Part shown: positions 1-9,108 of the stretch, in pieces | Layout: each line of letters begins with the position of its first letter | Numbering within the stretch: the stretch's first letter is position 1 | Assembly (NCBI RefSeq): GCF_000022265.1 | Contig: NC_011979.1 | Location: forward strand, 3,870,001 to 3,902,000 | DNA: 32,000 nt | Source: Geotalea daltonii FRC-32 | GTDB taxonomy: Bacteria > Desulfobacterota > Desulfuromonadia > Geobacterales > Geobacteraceae | Direction: 5' to 3' | Made by a program: the position numbers and the translations under genes | The notes under the pieces: model-generated | What the model saw: the letters and a program-made list of their open reading frames with translations, nothing else | Databases searched by the model: none | Told to the model about the DNA's origin: nothing

Positions 1-759
1 GGCTTTCACCTCGGCGATCATTTCCGCTGCCTGGGGCGATTTCTCCTTCTTCAGGTAAAGCTCAAAGTATTTGGTTGCCTCGGCGAGACGCTCCTGGTCA
101 ATGCAGATATTGCCAAGGGTGAGATAAGACATGGTGAAATTGGGATCAAGCCTCACCGCTTCCAGGGTCTCCTTTTCAGCTGATTCCAGATCACCCAGAT
201 CATAAAACAGGTCTCCCAGGTTGAAACGTGCTGCGGCATCGTTGGGGTCCAGGGCAATCCCTTTGCGGTAGGCTTCAATTGCCTGGTCATTGTTGCCAAG
301 GCCGTAATAAAGGTCGCCAAGGGCATTCAGAGCAAACACATTGTGCGGATCTAACTCCAGCGCCTTGTTAAAGGCCTGCAGCGCATCATCTGCCCGTTCC
401 AGGCTGTTATAAACAAGCCCCAGGCTCACGTAACCATCAGCCTCCGCTGGACGCAGTTCTATTACTTTTTTGTAAGCAGCAATCGCTTCTTTATGCTGCC
501 CGCTCTCGAAGAGGATATCACCCAGTGAAGTCCACGCCTCAATATCTTCCGGTGCGCGCTTCAACCCTGCTTTAATCGATTCTATGGCCTCTGCCTGTTT
601 TCCGGTCTCGGCAAGTGCCTCGCCAAGGTAAAAATAGCCCTCGGCATTATCCGGTTCGACCTCGGTGCATGCTTTGAATTCCACCGAGGCTTTTCCGTAT
701 TCTCCAGCCTCCAGTAAGGAAATGCCCTGAGCCAGACGCTCATCGAAATTTGTCGTCAT
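1..759 (-). CDS. TPR-repeat protein, C-terminal end runs off the window (253 codons visible)
   Basis: Reverse-strand ATG at 757-759 preceded by GGAGGA (complement of 765-770). My translation starts MTTNFDERLAQGISLLEAGEYGKASVEFKACTEV and shows repeated 34-aa TPR-like units (AEGYFYLGEAL, ADGYVSLGLVY, VFALNALGDLYYGLGNNDQAIEAYRKGIALDP). The frame is open to position 1. This ORF is absent from the supplied ORF track. Confidence 0.85.
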   Translation of the reverse strand, partial: MTTNFDERLAQGISLLEAGEYGKASVEFKACTEVEPDNAEGYFYLGEALAETGKQAEAIESIKAGLKRAPEDIEAWTSLGDILFESGQHKEAIAAYKKVIELRPAEADGYVSLGLVYNSLERADDALQAFNKALELDPHNVFALNALGDLYYGLGNNDQAIEAYRKGIALDPNDAAARFNLGDLFYDLGDLESAEKETLEAVRLDPNFTMSYLTLGNICIDQERLAEATKYFELYLKKEKSPQAAEMIAEVKA

Positions 760-941
760 TTATTCCTCCAGTCTGTGTCAGTTTCAGTCTCAGGAAAACC
801 ATACATGGCTTCCGGGAGGAAACTATATCAAAAACTTCCAATGATTGCTACAGCAACCATCTGCCAGCCCATTAAAGTTTACCCTTTCCTTTTCCGTTGA
901 CTGTTCTATAATTAGAATATTTTTGAGCAAAGGCTGCCATT

Positions 942-3284
942 ATGGGCGACGAGCGCCACGAAACTCTGGGACTACGCACGCTGGAAGATATCAGCGGCCT
1001 GATCCTCCATTCCCATGATCTGCAGGAGACCTTGGACAACATCGTCAACCTTGTTGCCAAACGGGTCGGTTCGGACGTCTGTTCCATCTATCTTCTGGAA
1101 GATGACGGAGAAACCCTGCGACTCAAGGCTACCAAAGGTCTGTCCCGTGGTTCGGTAGGCAAAATCACCATGAAGACCTCAGAGGGTCTTACCGGCCTGG
1201 CTGTTGAGGATCGCAGCATAATTGCCACCGATAATGCCCCCCTTCACCCCCGATACAAATATTTCCGTGAAACGAGGGAAGAAAAGTTCCTTTCTTTCCT
1301 TGGTGTGCCGTTATTCGAGCGCAAAACTCCAGTTGGCGTACTGGTTGTCCAGACTCGCGAGGCCCGCGTCTTTACCCCTGCCGAAATAAGCACTATTTCA
1401 ACCATTGCCTATCAGATCAGCAGCATTGTCATAAATGCAAAGCTCCTGGACTCCATTCACCAAAAGGAAAAGGAACGCGCTTTCTTCGCCAGCGAACTGG
1501 AAAAAATGAAAGCCAGTGAAATCAAAGGAAGGGTTCACCCCGAACAGGAGAAAAAGCGAAAACTGGCTTCCCTGATTGGCACCCCGGTTTCGCCAGGCTT
1601 TGCCTGGGGTAAGATCTACATTTTCAGCCGAAACGAAAACGACGGCATCGACATGGAGCACGCCGCCTCCCGCCCGGAAGAACGGAAACGGTTCCAGATT
1701 GCCCTGGAAAAAGCGAAAATCCAGACATTATATATGGAGAAGCGTGTTGCCGAGGTTATGTCCAAGGAAGACGCCGCGATATTTCACAGCCACCTTATGT
1801 TTCTGGAGGATCGTGGCTTCATCACCAAGATCACCGATTCCATCGATAATGGATACAGTGCCGGACAAGCCATAAGGGAAGTGGTCGACTACTACGTCAA
1901 CGCCTTTGCCAAGATGGAGGATCCCTATCTGCGCGAGCGTTCAGCGGATATGGAAGACATCGGCCGGCGGCTGCTCGGTGCCCTCAACGGCAACAGCAGC
2001 TCCAGAAAAAAATTCCGCGAAAAAAGAATCATTGTTGCCGACGACATTCTCCCTTCGGATATGGCAACCATGGATCATGAAAAAGTGCTCGGCATAGTGA
2101 CGGAGAGAGGGAATGCCGGATCCCATGCGGCCATCATGGCAAAATCTCTCGGCATTCCTGCCGTCGTCGGCATTGACGGGTTGATGAAGCAGATTTCGCC
2201 CCGCAACGAGGTAATCGTCGACGGCACTTCCGGCCATCTCTACATCAATCCCGATCAAAGGATAAAGGAGGAATACGAAAGGCTGCAGAGGGACTTCAGC
2301 CTGAAACAGCGGGAACTGGAAGGGCTGCGCGATCTGCCGGCTGAAACCGTCGACGGCAGCCGTGTCTTCCTTCGAGCCAACATCGGCCTGCTCAATGATG
2401 TGAAAGTTGCCCAGGCGAGTGGGGCCGAAGGGGTCGGGCTGTACCGTACCGAATTTCCCTACATGACCCGCAAGACTTTTCCCAACAGAATAGAGCAGTA
2501 CAACCTTTACCGTAAAATAGTCGAGGGTTTTCCCAGTCACCCGGTAACCATTCGCACGCTGGATATCGGCGGCGATAAGGGGCTCTCCTATTTCCCCTTT
2601 CCCAAAGAAGACAATCCATTCATGGGCTGGCGTTCCATCAGGGTATCCCTCGAAGAAGAGGACATTTTCCGTGAACAACTGGCTGCAATTCTCATGGCAT
2701 CCGTTCACGGCAAAATCACGGTAATGTTCCCTATGATTTCCAGTGTCGAGGAAATCAGGACCGTGAAACGGATCCTTGAAGAAGTAAAAGATGAGCTCAC
2801 GGCAGACAAGAAACCATTTAACCCAACCATTCCACTCGGAGTGATGGTTGAAATACCGGCTGCGGTCCAGATAGCCCACCTGCTTATTCGGGAGGTGGAT
2901 TTCTTCAGCATCGGCACCAATGACCTTATCCAGTATACCCTGGCTGCCGACCGCAATAATCCAAAGGTAAAACAATACTACGACCCCTACCATCCGGCCA
3001 TACTGCACTCCATAAAACGTGTGGCCGACGTGGCAGGGGCTGCAGGGAAAAAAGTCTCAATCTGCGGAGAAATGGCTGCAGACCCCATCAACGCCATCCT
3101 CCTTCTCGGGATGGGGATATCTGACTTCAGCCTGACAGCTCCGTACATCCCCCTGATAAAACAGGCGATATTGAAAATTACCATGGCAGAAGCCAGAGAA
3201 ATCTCAGCAGCAGCACTGCAAATGGAAAGCAGCGCCGACATTCGTGAATACCTGGCCAAAGCCAAAGCTGCCTTGAAGCTGTAG
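942..3284 (+). CDS. ptsP: Phosphoenolpyruvate-protein phosphotransferase PtsP (Enzyme I-Ntr: N-terminal GAF domain + PEP-utilising enzyme core)
   Basis: 780-aa ORF. The GAF-like N-terminus reads LQETLDNIVNLVAKRVGSDVCSIYLLEDDGETLRLKATKGL. EI hallmarks follow: GNAGSHAAIMAKSLGIPAVVG (phospho-His region), GVGLYRTEFPYM, and FFSIGTNDLIQYTLAADR. Confidence 0.9.
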   Translation: MGDERHETLGLRTLEDISGLILHSHDLQETLDNIVNLVAKRVGSDVCSIYLLEDDGETLRLKATKGLSRGSVGKITMKTSEGLTGLAVEDRSIIATDNAPLHPRYKYFRETREEKFLSFLGVPLFERKTPVGVLVVQTREARVFTPAEISTISTIAYQISSIVINAKLLDSIHQKEKERAFFASELEKMKASEIKGRVHPEQEKKRKLASLIGTPVSPGFAWGKIYIFSRNENDGIDMEHAASRPEERKRFQIALEKAKIQTLYMEKRVAEVMSKEDAAIFHSHLMFLEDRGFITKITDSIDNGYSAGQAIREVVDYYVNAFAKMEDPYLRERSADMEDIGRRLLGALNGNSSSRKKFREKRIIVADDILPSDMATMDHEKVLGIVTERGNAGSHAAIMAKSLGIPAVVGIDGLMKQISPRNEVIVDGTSGHLYINPDQRIKEEYERLQRDFSLKQRELEGLRDLPAETVDGSRVFLRANIGLLNDVKVAQASGAEGVGLYRTEFPYMTRKTFPNRIEQYNLYRKIVEGFPSHPVTIRTLDIGGDKGLSYFPFPKEDNPFMGWRSIRVSLEEEDIFREQLAAILMASVHGKITVMFPMISSVEEIRTVKRILEEVKDELTADKKPFNPTIPLGVMVEIPAAVQIAHLLIREVDFFSIGTNDLIQYTLAADRNNPKVKQYYDPYHPAILHSIKRVADVAGAAGKKVSICGEMAADPINAILLLGMGISDFSLTAPYIPLIKQAILKITMAEAREISAAALQMESSADIREYLAKAKAALKL

Positions 3285-3400
3285 CCGCAACACACCCTCC
3301 ATCAGATTAAAAGCATCTCAGTGTTATCACATCTCTATTACGCGTTTTACCTGAACAAAGAAAGCTGGTCAATGATTGTTGGCGCTGGTGCCAATGCCTG

Positions 3401-3429
3401 AGGACATTAGTTTGCATGTGGAATAAAAT
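3401..3429 (+). promoter_or_regulatory. Candidate sigma-70-type promoter for the LemA gene (AGGACA-N17-TAAAAT)
   Basis: Hexamers at 3401-3406 and 3424-3429 with a 17-nt spacer, about 65 nt upstream of the ATG at 3496. This is a pattern match only. Confidence 0.2.
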
Positions 3430-3495
3430 ATGCAGATTAAGGATGTATTAATAATTCATATTAATATTAATATGTCTGGTGGCGGAGGAACAGCC

Positions 3496-4071
3496 ATGGA
3501 AAAGGTATTGATCGGTTTGGTTGCATTTTTGCTGATTTCGGCGTGCGGATACAACAATCTTAAGGCAAAAGAGGAGCAAACCAACAGAGCCTGGAATGAT
3601 CTTGGCTTCTCGTGCCGCCAGCGAGTAGAACTTGCTGCTGTCTATATCGAAGCTTTGCAAAGGCACATTTCACCGCAAAACGACGTTGTGCAACAGGCAG
3701 AAAAGACCGTAAAAAAGGCTGCCCGCGAGGGATGTCCAATAACCCCGCCGGAAACCTCAGAAAGATTGCTGAAATTCCGTCAGGTCCAGACAGAGCTGTC
3801 TGAGACACTGACCCGGCTACATATATTCTCCAGCAGCCAGCCTTCCCTTTTGCAGGACGACAGCTACCTTGCCATACAAAAACGAATGGAAAAGGCAGAA
3901 AGTCGATTGAATGAAGCTATAGCCGATTACAACTTCGCCAGCCATGATTTTAATATCAGCAAGAGAAGTTTTCCCCACTCAATGACCAATGCTTTGTTAT
4001 TGAGATACAGGGATAAGGAACCGTTCGTCGCGGGAGAGGATGTAAAACTGCTCGGCAGGCTGGACTCGTAG
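3496..4071 (+). CDS. lemA: LemA-family lipoprotein
   Basis: I prefer the ATG at 3496, preceded by GGAGGA at 3484-3489, over the ORF-track start at 3430. The signal peptide plus lipobox reads MEKVLIGLVAFLLISAC. The LemA-like pattern CGYNNLKAKEEQTNRAWNDL ... NEAIADYNFASHDFNISKRSFPHSM follows. Confidence 0.75.
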   Translation: MEKVLIGLVAFLLISACGYNNLKAKEEQTNRAWNDLGFSCRQRVELAAVYIEALQRHISPQNDVVQQAEKTVKKAAREGCPITPPETSERLLKFRQVQTELSETLTRLHIFSSSQPSLLQDDSYLAIQKRMEKAESRLNEAIADYNFASHDFNISKRSFPHSMTNALLLRYRDKEPFVAGEDVKLLGRLDS

Positions 4072-4100
4072 GCGGGCTGAAGTAGAAAGGGCATGTAAGG

Positions 4101-4217
4101 CTGATGAAAAAGCCCCAGGTGCAAGGCGCCCGAAACCTGAGAAGTGAGGCGTACTTAACGGTACGCCGCAGCGACGAATTGATAAGGGCAACGCCGCAGA
4201 TGGGGCTTTTTCATCAG
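4101..4217. other. 117-nt unit closed by a perfect 17-bp inverted repeat; candidate structured RNA or REP/MITE-like element
   Basis: ctgatgaaaaagcccca (4101-4117) is the exact reverse complement of tggggctttttcatcag (4201-4217). The interior holds a 7-bp hairpin, ggcgtac (4148-4154) / gtacgcc (4161-4167). It also holds a 9-nt direct repeat, acgccgcag, at 4163-4171 and 4191-4199. Confidence 0.35.
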
Positions 4218-4221
4218 ACTC

Positions 4222-4257
4222 AAGGGGGGCGGCTGGTTAGCCCCCCTTCTTTTTTAT
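4222..4257 (+). terminator. Rho-independent terminator (plus strand)
   Basis: The 9-bp GC-rich stem aaggggggc (4222-4230) / gcccccctt (4240-4248) encloses a 9-nt loop and is followed by cttttttat. The T-tract overlaps the pyc stop codon on the other strand. Confidence 0.6.
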
Positions 4258-7200
4258 GCCAAGACAATCAGCAGGTCATCCTTCTCTATTTTGTCCCCTT
4301 CCTTGAATTTAACCTGAGCTATTTTGCCGTCTTCCTTGGCCTTGACATTGGTCTCCATTTTCATGGCCTCGGTCACCATAAGGACATCGCCAGCAGAAAC
4401 CCCATCGCCCGATTTGACATTGACCTTCAGAACCTTGCCCGGCATAGGCGCCCCAATGTGCAGGCTGTTCCCTTTATCGGCCTTTTCCCTGCTGACCTCA
4501 TCGGTTATTGCCGTCTGATCGCGCACTGTAACCTGGCGGGCATCGCCGTTCAGTTCAAAGAAAATATGGCGGGTGCCGTCCGGGTGAACACGACCGATGG
4601 CATTGAGCTTGATGATAAGGGTCTTGCCAGGCTCGATATCAATGGCGGTCTCCTGGCCCGGTTCGAGACCATAGAAAAAGATCGGCGTAGGGATGACTGA
4701 AGTATCCGAGTACTCCTGACGATGCTTGTCGAACTCGGGAAAAACGTGGGGATAAAGAATGTACGATATAAGCCCCTTATCGTCAACCGGGCGGCCCACT
4801 TTTGCCTCAGCCTTGAGCCGCTCCTCGTCAAAGTCAGCCGGCTCGATCAATTCGCCCGGCCTGCAGGTGATCGGTTCTTCTCCCTTAAGGATGATGCGCT
4901 GCAATTCCCGGGGAAAGCCCTGGTAGGGCTGACCGATCATCCCCTTGAACATTCCCACCACCGACTCGGGGAAGGTAAGATCGTCCCCCTTGATATAGAC
5001 ATCATCAACATCCATGTTGTTTTTGACCAGGAACATGGCCATGTCCCCGACTACTTTCGACGACGGAGTAACCTTGACGATATCGCCGAAGAGCAGATTC
5101 ACCCGGTGGTACATCTCTTTGCACTCTTCCCAGCGGTCGAGCAGCCCCAGACCAGCCACCTGGGGTTTATAATTTGAATATTGCCCCCCCGGTATCTCGT
5201 GGTGATAAACCTCGGCAGTGCCGCTTTTCAACCCAGATTCAAAGGGGGCATAATAATCCCGCACCGTTTCCCAATAATTGGCAAGCTTCTGCAGGTTTTC
5301 CTCATTGAGGCCGGTATCCCACTCACTCCCTTTCAGGGCAGCCACCAGCGCATTGAGATTGGGTTGTGAGGTCAAACCGGAGATGGAGGAAAGTGCGGCA
5401 TCCACGATGTCGACGCCTGCCTGGCAGGCCATGAGGAGCATCGCGCCACCGTTGCCTGAGGTATCATGGGTATGGAGGTGGATCGGTATGCCAACCTCCG
5501 ATTTAAGGGCTTTGATCAGCCGGGAAGCAGCCAGCGGCTTGAGAAGCCCCGCCATGTCCTTGATGGCAAGAATATGGGCGCCCATCTTCTCCAGCTCTTT
5601 AGCCATGCCCACGTAATATTCCAGCGGATATTTGTCCCTTTTGGGGTCATTGATGTCACCGGTGTAGCAGATGGCAGCTTCGCAGATTTTCCCTTGCTTG
5701 CGCACCGCCTCCATTGCGACCTTCATGCCGGTGGTCCAGTTGAGGGAGTCGAAAACGCGGAAGATGTCTATGCCTGAATGGGCTGCTTCCTCGACGAAGC
5801 GCTCCACCACATTATCGGCATAGTTGGTATAGCCTACGGCATTGGACCCCCTGAGCAACATCTGGAAAAGGACGTTGGGAATGGCCTCCGACAGTTTGTG
5901 CAGCCGCTGCCATGGGCACTCCTTGAGGAAACGCATGGAGACGTCAAAGGTAGCCCCCCCCCACATCTCCAGAGAGAAGAGATCGGCAGCCAGATGGGAG
6001 GTAGGCTCGGCGATTTTCAACAGGTCATAGGTCCTTACCCTTGTGGCCAGCAGTGACTGATGGGCATCGCGCATGGTGGTGTCGGTAATGAGGACCTTCT
6101 TCTGCTCCAGTATCCACTTGGCCAGGCCATCAGCCCCCTTCTCCATGAATATGTCGCGGGTGCCGGCCGGCCTGGGCTTGGTGAAATCCACATCCGGAAC
6201 CGTTGCCTCCAGGAGCTCCGAAGATTTCAGCGGCTTGATGATGCCCGGGGAGCCGTTGACAATGACATCGCCGATAAAATTGAGCACCTTGGTGGCGCGG
6301 TCTTTCTTTTCCCGCAATTGCAGCAGCTCGGGATGCTTTTCGATAAACGAGGTGTCGCATTTGCCGTTGAGGAAAACCGGATGGGTAACGACATTCTCCA
6401 GGAAAGAGATATTGGTCTTGACTCCCCGGATACGGAACTCTTGCAGGGAACGGTGCATGATGCGGGCAGCTTCATCGAAGGTAAGCCCCCAGGCGCTGAC
6501 CTTGACCAGCAGCGAGTCGTAATGGGGGGTGATCTGCGCACCGGTAAAGGCATTGCCGGCGTCAAGGCGCACTCCGAAGCCCGCCGACGAGCGGTAAGCC
6601 TTGAGAATGCCGAAATCGGGGGCGAAATTGTTGGCGGGATCTTCGGTGGTAATCCTGCACTGCAAGGCATATCCCCACATCTTGACGGCATCCTGATTGG
6701 GGATATTGATTTCCGGGTCGGACAGGGGCTTGCCTTCGGCTACCAAGATCTGGGTCTGCACCAGGTTGCGGCCGGTGATCATTTCAGTGACGGTGTGTTC
6801 CACCTGGATGCGCGGGTTCATCTCGATAAAATAGAAGTTCCCCTCCTGGTCCAGCAGGAACTCCACCGTACCCGCATTCCGGTACCCCACATGGCCGGCA
6901 ATTTTCAGGGCTGCGCTGCATAACTCCTCACGCATCTCGGGAGTAATGCAAAGGGATGGAGCAAATTCCACCACCTTTTGATGACGGCGCTGGATTGAAC
7001 AATCCCTCTCGAAGAAATGCACCAGATTGCCATGGCTGTCACCGAGAACCTGGACCTCGATGTGTTTGGGATTTTCCAGGTAACGCTCCAGGAAGACGGC
7101 AGGATTGCCAAAGGAAGCCTGTGCTTCGCTGCGGGCAGCGGCTAGCCCTTCAATGAGTTCCTTGCGGTTGTTTGCCACCCGCATCCCCCGGCCACCACCA

Positions 7201-7700
7201 CCGGCAGCAGCCTTGATAATGATGGGATAGCCATAGTTCTTGGCGAAGATAAGGGCATCCTCTTCGTGCTCCACAGGCTCTTCGGTACCGGGAACGACAG
7301 GTACGCCGGCCTCCATGGCAACCTTGCGGGCAGCTACCTTGTCTCCCAACCGCCGCTGCATTTCAGCAGTGGGACCGATAAAGGTAATTCCTGCAGCTTC
7401 GCATTTCTCCGCAAACTCCGCATTTTCGGAGAGGAAACCGTAACCGGGATGAATAGCATCCACATCCCTTTTCAGAGCGAGGGCAATTATTTCGTCTATA
7501 CCCAGATAGGCGTCTATGGGACTTTTGCCTTTACCGATCAAATATGCCTCGTCAGCCTTGTATCGGTGCAGAGACAGCTTGTCTTCTTCTGAATAGATCG
7601 CTACAGTGCCAATACCCAGCTCGGTGCAGGCGCGAAATATCCTGATGGCTATCTCACCGCGGTTAGCAGCCATAATCTTTCTGAATTTGCGTTGTGCCAT
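4254..7700 (-). CDS. pyc: Pyruvate carboxylase (single-chain: biotin carboxylase + carboxyltransferase + biotinyl domain)
   Basis: 1148-aa ORF. N-terminus: KIMAANRGEIAIRIFRACTELGI. ATP-grasp region: GYPIIIKAAAGGGGRGMR. Carboxyltransferase region: DTTMRDAHQSLLATR. C-terminal biotin attachment motif: EAMKMET. Confidence 0.95.
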   Translation of the reverse strand: MAQRKFRKIMAANRGEIAIRIFRACTELGIGTVAIYSEEDKLSLHRYKADEAYLIGKGKSPIDAYLGIDEIIALALKRDVDAIHPGYGFLSENAEFAEKCEAAGITFIGPTAEMQRRLGDKVAARKVAMEAGVPVVPGTEEPVEHEEDALIFAKNYGYPIIIKAAAGGGGRGMRVANNRKELIEGLAAARSEAQASFGNPAVFLERYLENPKHIEVQVLGDSHGNLVHFFERDCSIQRRHQKVVEFAPSLCITPEMREELCSAALKIAGHVGYRNAGTVEFLLDQEGNFYFIEMNPRIQVEHTVTEMITGRNLVQTQILVAEGKPLSDPEINIPNQDAVKMWGYALQCRITTEDPANNFAPDFGILKAYRSSAGFGVRLDAGNAFTGAQITPHYDSLLVKVSAWGLTFDEAARIMHRSLQEFRIRGVKTNISFLENVVTHPVFLNGKCDTSFIEKHPELLQLREKKDRATKVLNFIGDVIVNGSPGIIKPLKSSELLEATVPDVDFTKPRPAGTRDIFMEKGADGLAKWILEQKKVLITDTTMRDAHQSLLATRVRTYDLLKIAEPTSHLAADLFSLEMWGGATFDVSMRFLKECPWQRLHKLSEAIPNVLFQMLLRGSNAVGYTNYADNVVERFVEEAAHSGIDIFRVFDSLNWTTGMKVAMEAVRKQGKICEAAICYTGDINDPKRDKYPLEYYVGMAKELEKMGAHILAIKDMAGLLKPLAASRLIKALKSEVGIPIHLHTHDTSGNGGAMLLMACQAGVDIVDAALSSISGLTSQPNLNALVAALKGSEWDTGLNEENLQKLANYWETVRDYYAPFESGLKSGTAEVYHHEIPGGQYSNYKPQVAGLGLLDRWEECKEMYHRVNLLFGDIVKVTPSSKVVGDMAMFLVKNNMDVDDVYIKGDDLTFPESVVGMFKGMIGQPYQGFPRELQRIILKGEEPITCRPGELIEPADFDEERLKAEAKVGRPVDDKGLISYILYPHVFPEFDKHRQEYSDTSVIPTPIFFYGLEPGQETAIDIEPGKTLIIKLNAIGRVHPDGTRHIFFELNGDARQVTVRDQTAITDEVSREKADKGNSLHIGAPMPGKVLKVNVKSGDGVSAGDVLMVTEAMKMETNVKAKEDGKIAQVKFKEGDKIEKDDLLIVLA

Positions 7701-7843
7701 TAGTGCCTCCAGACTTAACTATTTTACCGAAAATAAAACAAATAAACTATAGATAAATATTTATTGGTACTAAAATTCTTTAGTTTTTCTAGATATTTAG
7801 CTTACACCAAACGAAGTAACAATAAAACCAGAATCATATTTTA

Positions 7844-7872
7844 TTGTCAATAGTAAACATCTGTTATATTAT
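7844..7872 (+). promoter_or_regulatory. Candidate sigma-70-type promoter for the PPIase gene (TTGTCA-N17-TATTAT)
   Basis: Hexamers at 7844-7849 and 7867-7872 with an exact 17-nt spacer, inside a very AT-rich 263-bp divergent intergenic region. This is a pattern match only. Confidence 0.3.
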
Positions 7873-7963
7873 GTAAAGAGTTTAATTTTTCTAAAGATGT
7901 ATATTTACCAAACCCTTCTTTAATGGTATATTTCTGCAAAAATTCCCCAAAGGAGAGATAAAG

Positions 7964-8986
7964 ATGTCGGCAAAAAAAATATCTTTAGTTGCAGCGCTTG
8001 CTGTTTTTGCAATTCAGTCCATGCCAGCACTTGGTGCAGAGCCACAAAAAACAGCGGCATCTGCCGAGCAGAAAGAAGTCAAGGAAACGGTAAAAAAGGT
8101 TTCTCCTTCCGACCCCGTGGCAAAGATTAACGGTACCATCATCACTCGCAAAGAGCTGGACCGGGCTGTAAAGGTGCTCGTCGCCCAGAACAGGCTCCCG
8201 CAGGCTCTTCCCCCTGAGCAGCAGAAACAGGCAGAGGAGGCTGCCCTTGACCAGTTGATCTCCGCGGAATTGATGTATCAGGCAGGTCAGAAAACCGAGA
8301 TCAAGGATATCGACAAACAGATAGAGGAAAAAATCGCCCTGAATCGGGCAAAATTTCCCAATCCTGAAGAATTCGACAAGGCGCTTAAATCAGTGGAAAT
8401 GTCCGAGAAGGATCTCAAGGAGTTCACCCGCAAGGATATTGTTATCACTGCATTCATTGAGAAAAACATCATCTCCAACATCAATGTGGCTGAAGCCGAC
8501 GCCAAAAAATTCTATGATGACAATACCGAAAAATTCAAACAGGACGAAAGCATCAGAGCCAGCCATATACTCATCGGAGTTGACGCCAAGGCCGGCGAAG
8601 AAGACAAGAAAAAGGCCAGGGAAAAGGCCGAAGGCATTCTGAAAAAGATCAAAGCCGGCGAAGATTTTGCCACCCTGGCAAAAGCAGAATCAACATGCCC
8701 CAGCAGCAAGCAGGGTGGTGACCTTGGCACCTTCCCCAAAGGTCAAATGGTCGCCCCCTTCGAAAACGCCGCTTTTGCCCTTAAACCGGGTGAAGTCAGC
8801 GACGTGGTTGAAACCCAGTTCGGTTATCACATCATCAAGCTGGCAGAAAAGAAAGAAGCCGGCATGGTGAAGTTTGACGAGGTCAAGACCAAGATTGTTG
8901 ATTACCTGAAAAGCCAAAAAATTCAAAAGGGCGTCGGTGATTATCTTGAAGAGTTGAAAAGCAAGGCAAAGACTGAAAAACTCTAG
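7964..8986 (+). CDS. Secreted peptidyl-prolyl cis-trans isomerase, parvulin type (SurA/PrsA-like)
   Basis: The RBS AGGAGA precedes the ATG. Signal peptide: MSAKKISLVAALAVFAIQSMPALGA. Rotamase motifs: RASHILIGV, CPSSKQGGDLGTFPKGQMVAPFENAAF, and TQFGYHIIKL. Confidence 0.85.
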   Translation: MSAKKISLVAALAVFAIQSMPALGAEPQKTAASAEQKEVKETVKKVSPSDPVAKINGTIITRKELDRAVKVLVAQNRLPQALPPEQQKQAEEAALDQLISAELMYQAGQKTEIKDIDKQIEEKIALNRAKFPNPEEFDKALKSVEMSEKDLKEFTRKDIVITAFIEKNIISNINVAEADAKKFYDDNTEKFKQDESIRASHILIGVDAKAGEEDKKKAREKAEGILKKIKAGEDFATLAKAESTCPSSKQGGDLGTFPKGQMVAPFENAAFALKPGEVSDVVETQFGYHIIKLAEKKEAGMVKFDEVKTKIVDYLKSQKIQKGVGDYLEELKSKAKTEKL

Positions 8987-9014
8987 AGGTATGACTATCC
9001 TACCCCTTGCTCCC

Positions 9015-9052
9015 CCCCTCAATCCTCCCTATTTCATAGGAGGATTGAGGGG
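9015..9052. repeat. Perfect 14-bp stem / 10-nt loop hairpin (REP-like or RNA-stabilising element)
   Basis: cccctcaatcctcc (9015-9028) pairs exactly with ggaggattgagggg (9039-9052). No U-tract follows it. Confidence 0.4.
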
Positions 9053-9064
9053 TTAGTCAAAGCC

Positions 9065-9093
9065 AAAAGCCCGCAGCTGCGGGCTTTTTTATT
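9065..9093. terminator. Bidirectional rho-independent terminator between the convergent PPIase and ferritin genes
   Basis: The palindrome gcccgcagctgcgggc (9069-9084) is flanked by aaaa on the left and tttttt on the right. It therefore reads as hairpin plus U-tract on both strands. Confidence 0.75.
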
Positions 9094-9108
9094 GATTCAA
9101 TAGCCTCC

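Noticed and set aside
872-1087. 71-aa minus-strand ORF ending in GKGKGKL that overlaps the ptsP start
   Set aside because: It overlaps the ptsP N-terminus on the opposite strand and reads through the promoter region, and its tail is low-complexity. It is likely spurious.
1941-3008. 355-aa ORF antisense to ptsP. The same applies to 6060-6923 (antisense to pyc), 12480-13280 (antisense to the sigma-54 activator), 24761-25510 and 27152-28066 (antisense to receiver/kinase genes), 19040-19666 (antisense to the ATPase) and 4104-4700 (antisense to the pyc 3' end).
   Set aside because: All lie wholly inside, and opposite to, ORFs with unmistakable family motifs. Their translations are low-complexity or Arg/Gly/Pro-rich with no recognisable motifs. 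These are typical shadow ORFs.
3402-3417. Possible sigma-54 promoter upstream of lemA (GGACATTAGTTTGCAT)
   Set aside because: The -12 TTTGCAT is good, but the -24 reads AGGACA rather than TGGCAC. It also overlaps an equally plausible sigma-70-like pattern, so it remains ambiguous.
4101-4217. Inverted-repeat unit considered as SRP (4.5S) RNA, 6S RNA, tRNA or tmRNA
   Set aside because: It has no GGAA-tetraloop/AGCAGCC-type SRP motif, is far shorter than 6S RNA, and has no cloverleaf or T-loop consensus.
7765-7779. TGGTAC-N5-TTCT resembling a -24/-12 element
   Set aside because: The -12 position has CT instead of the invariant GC.
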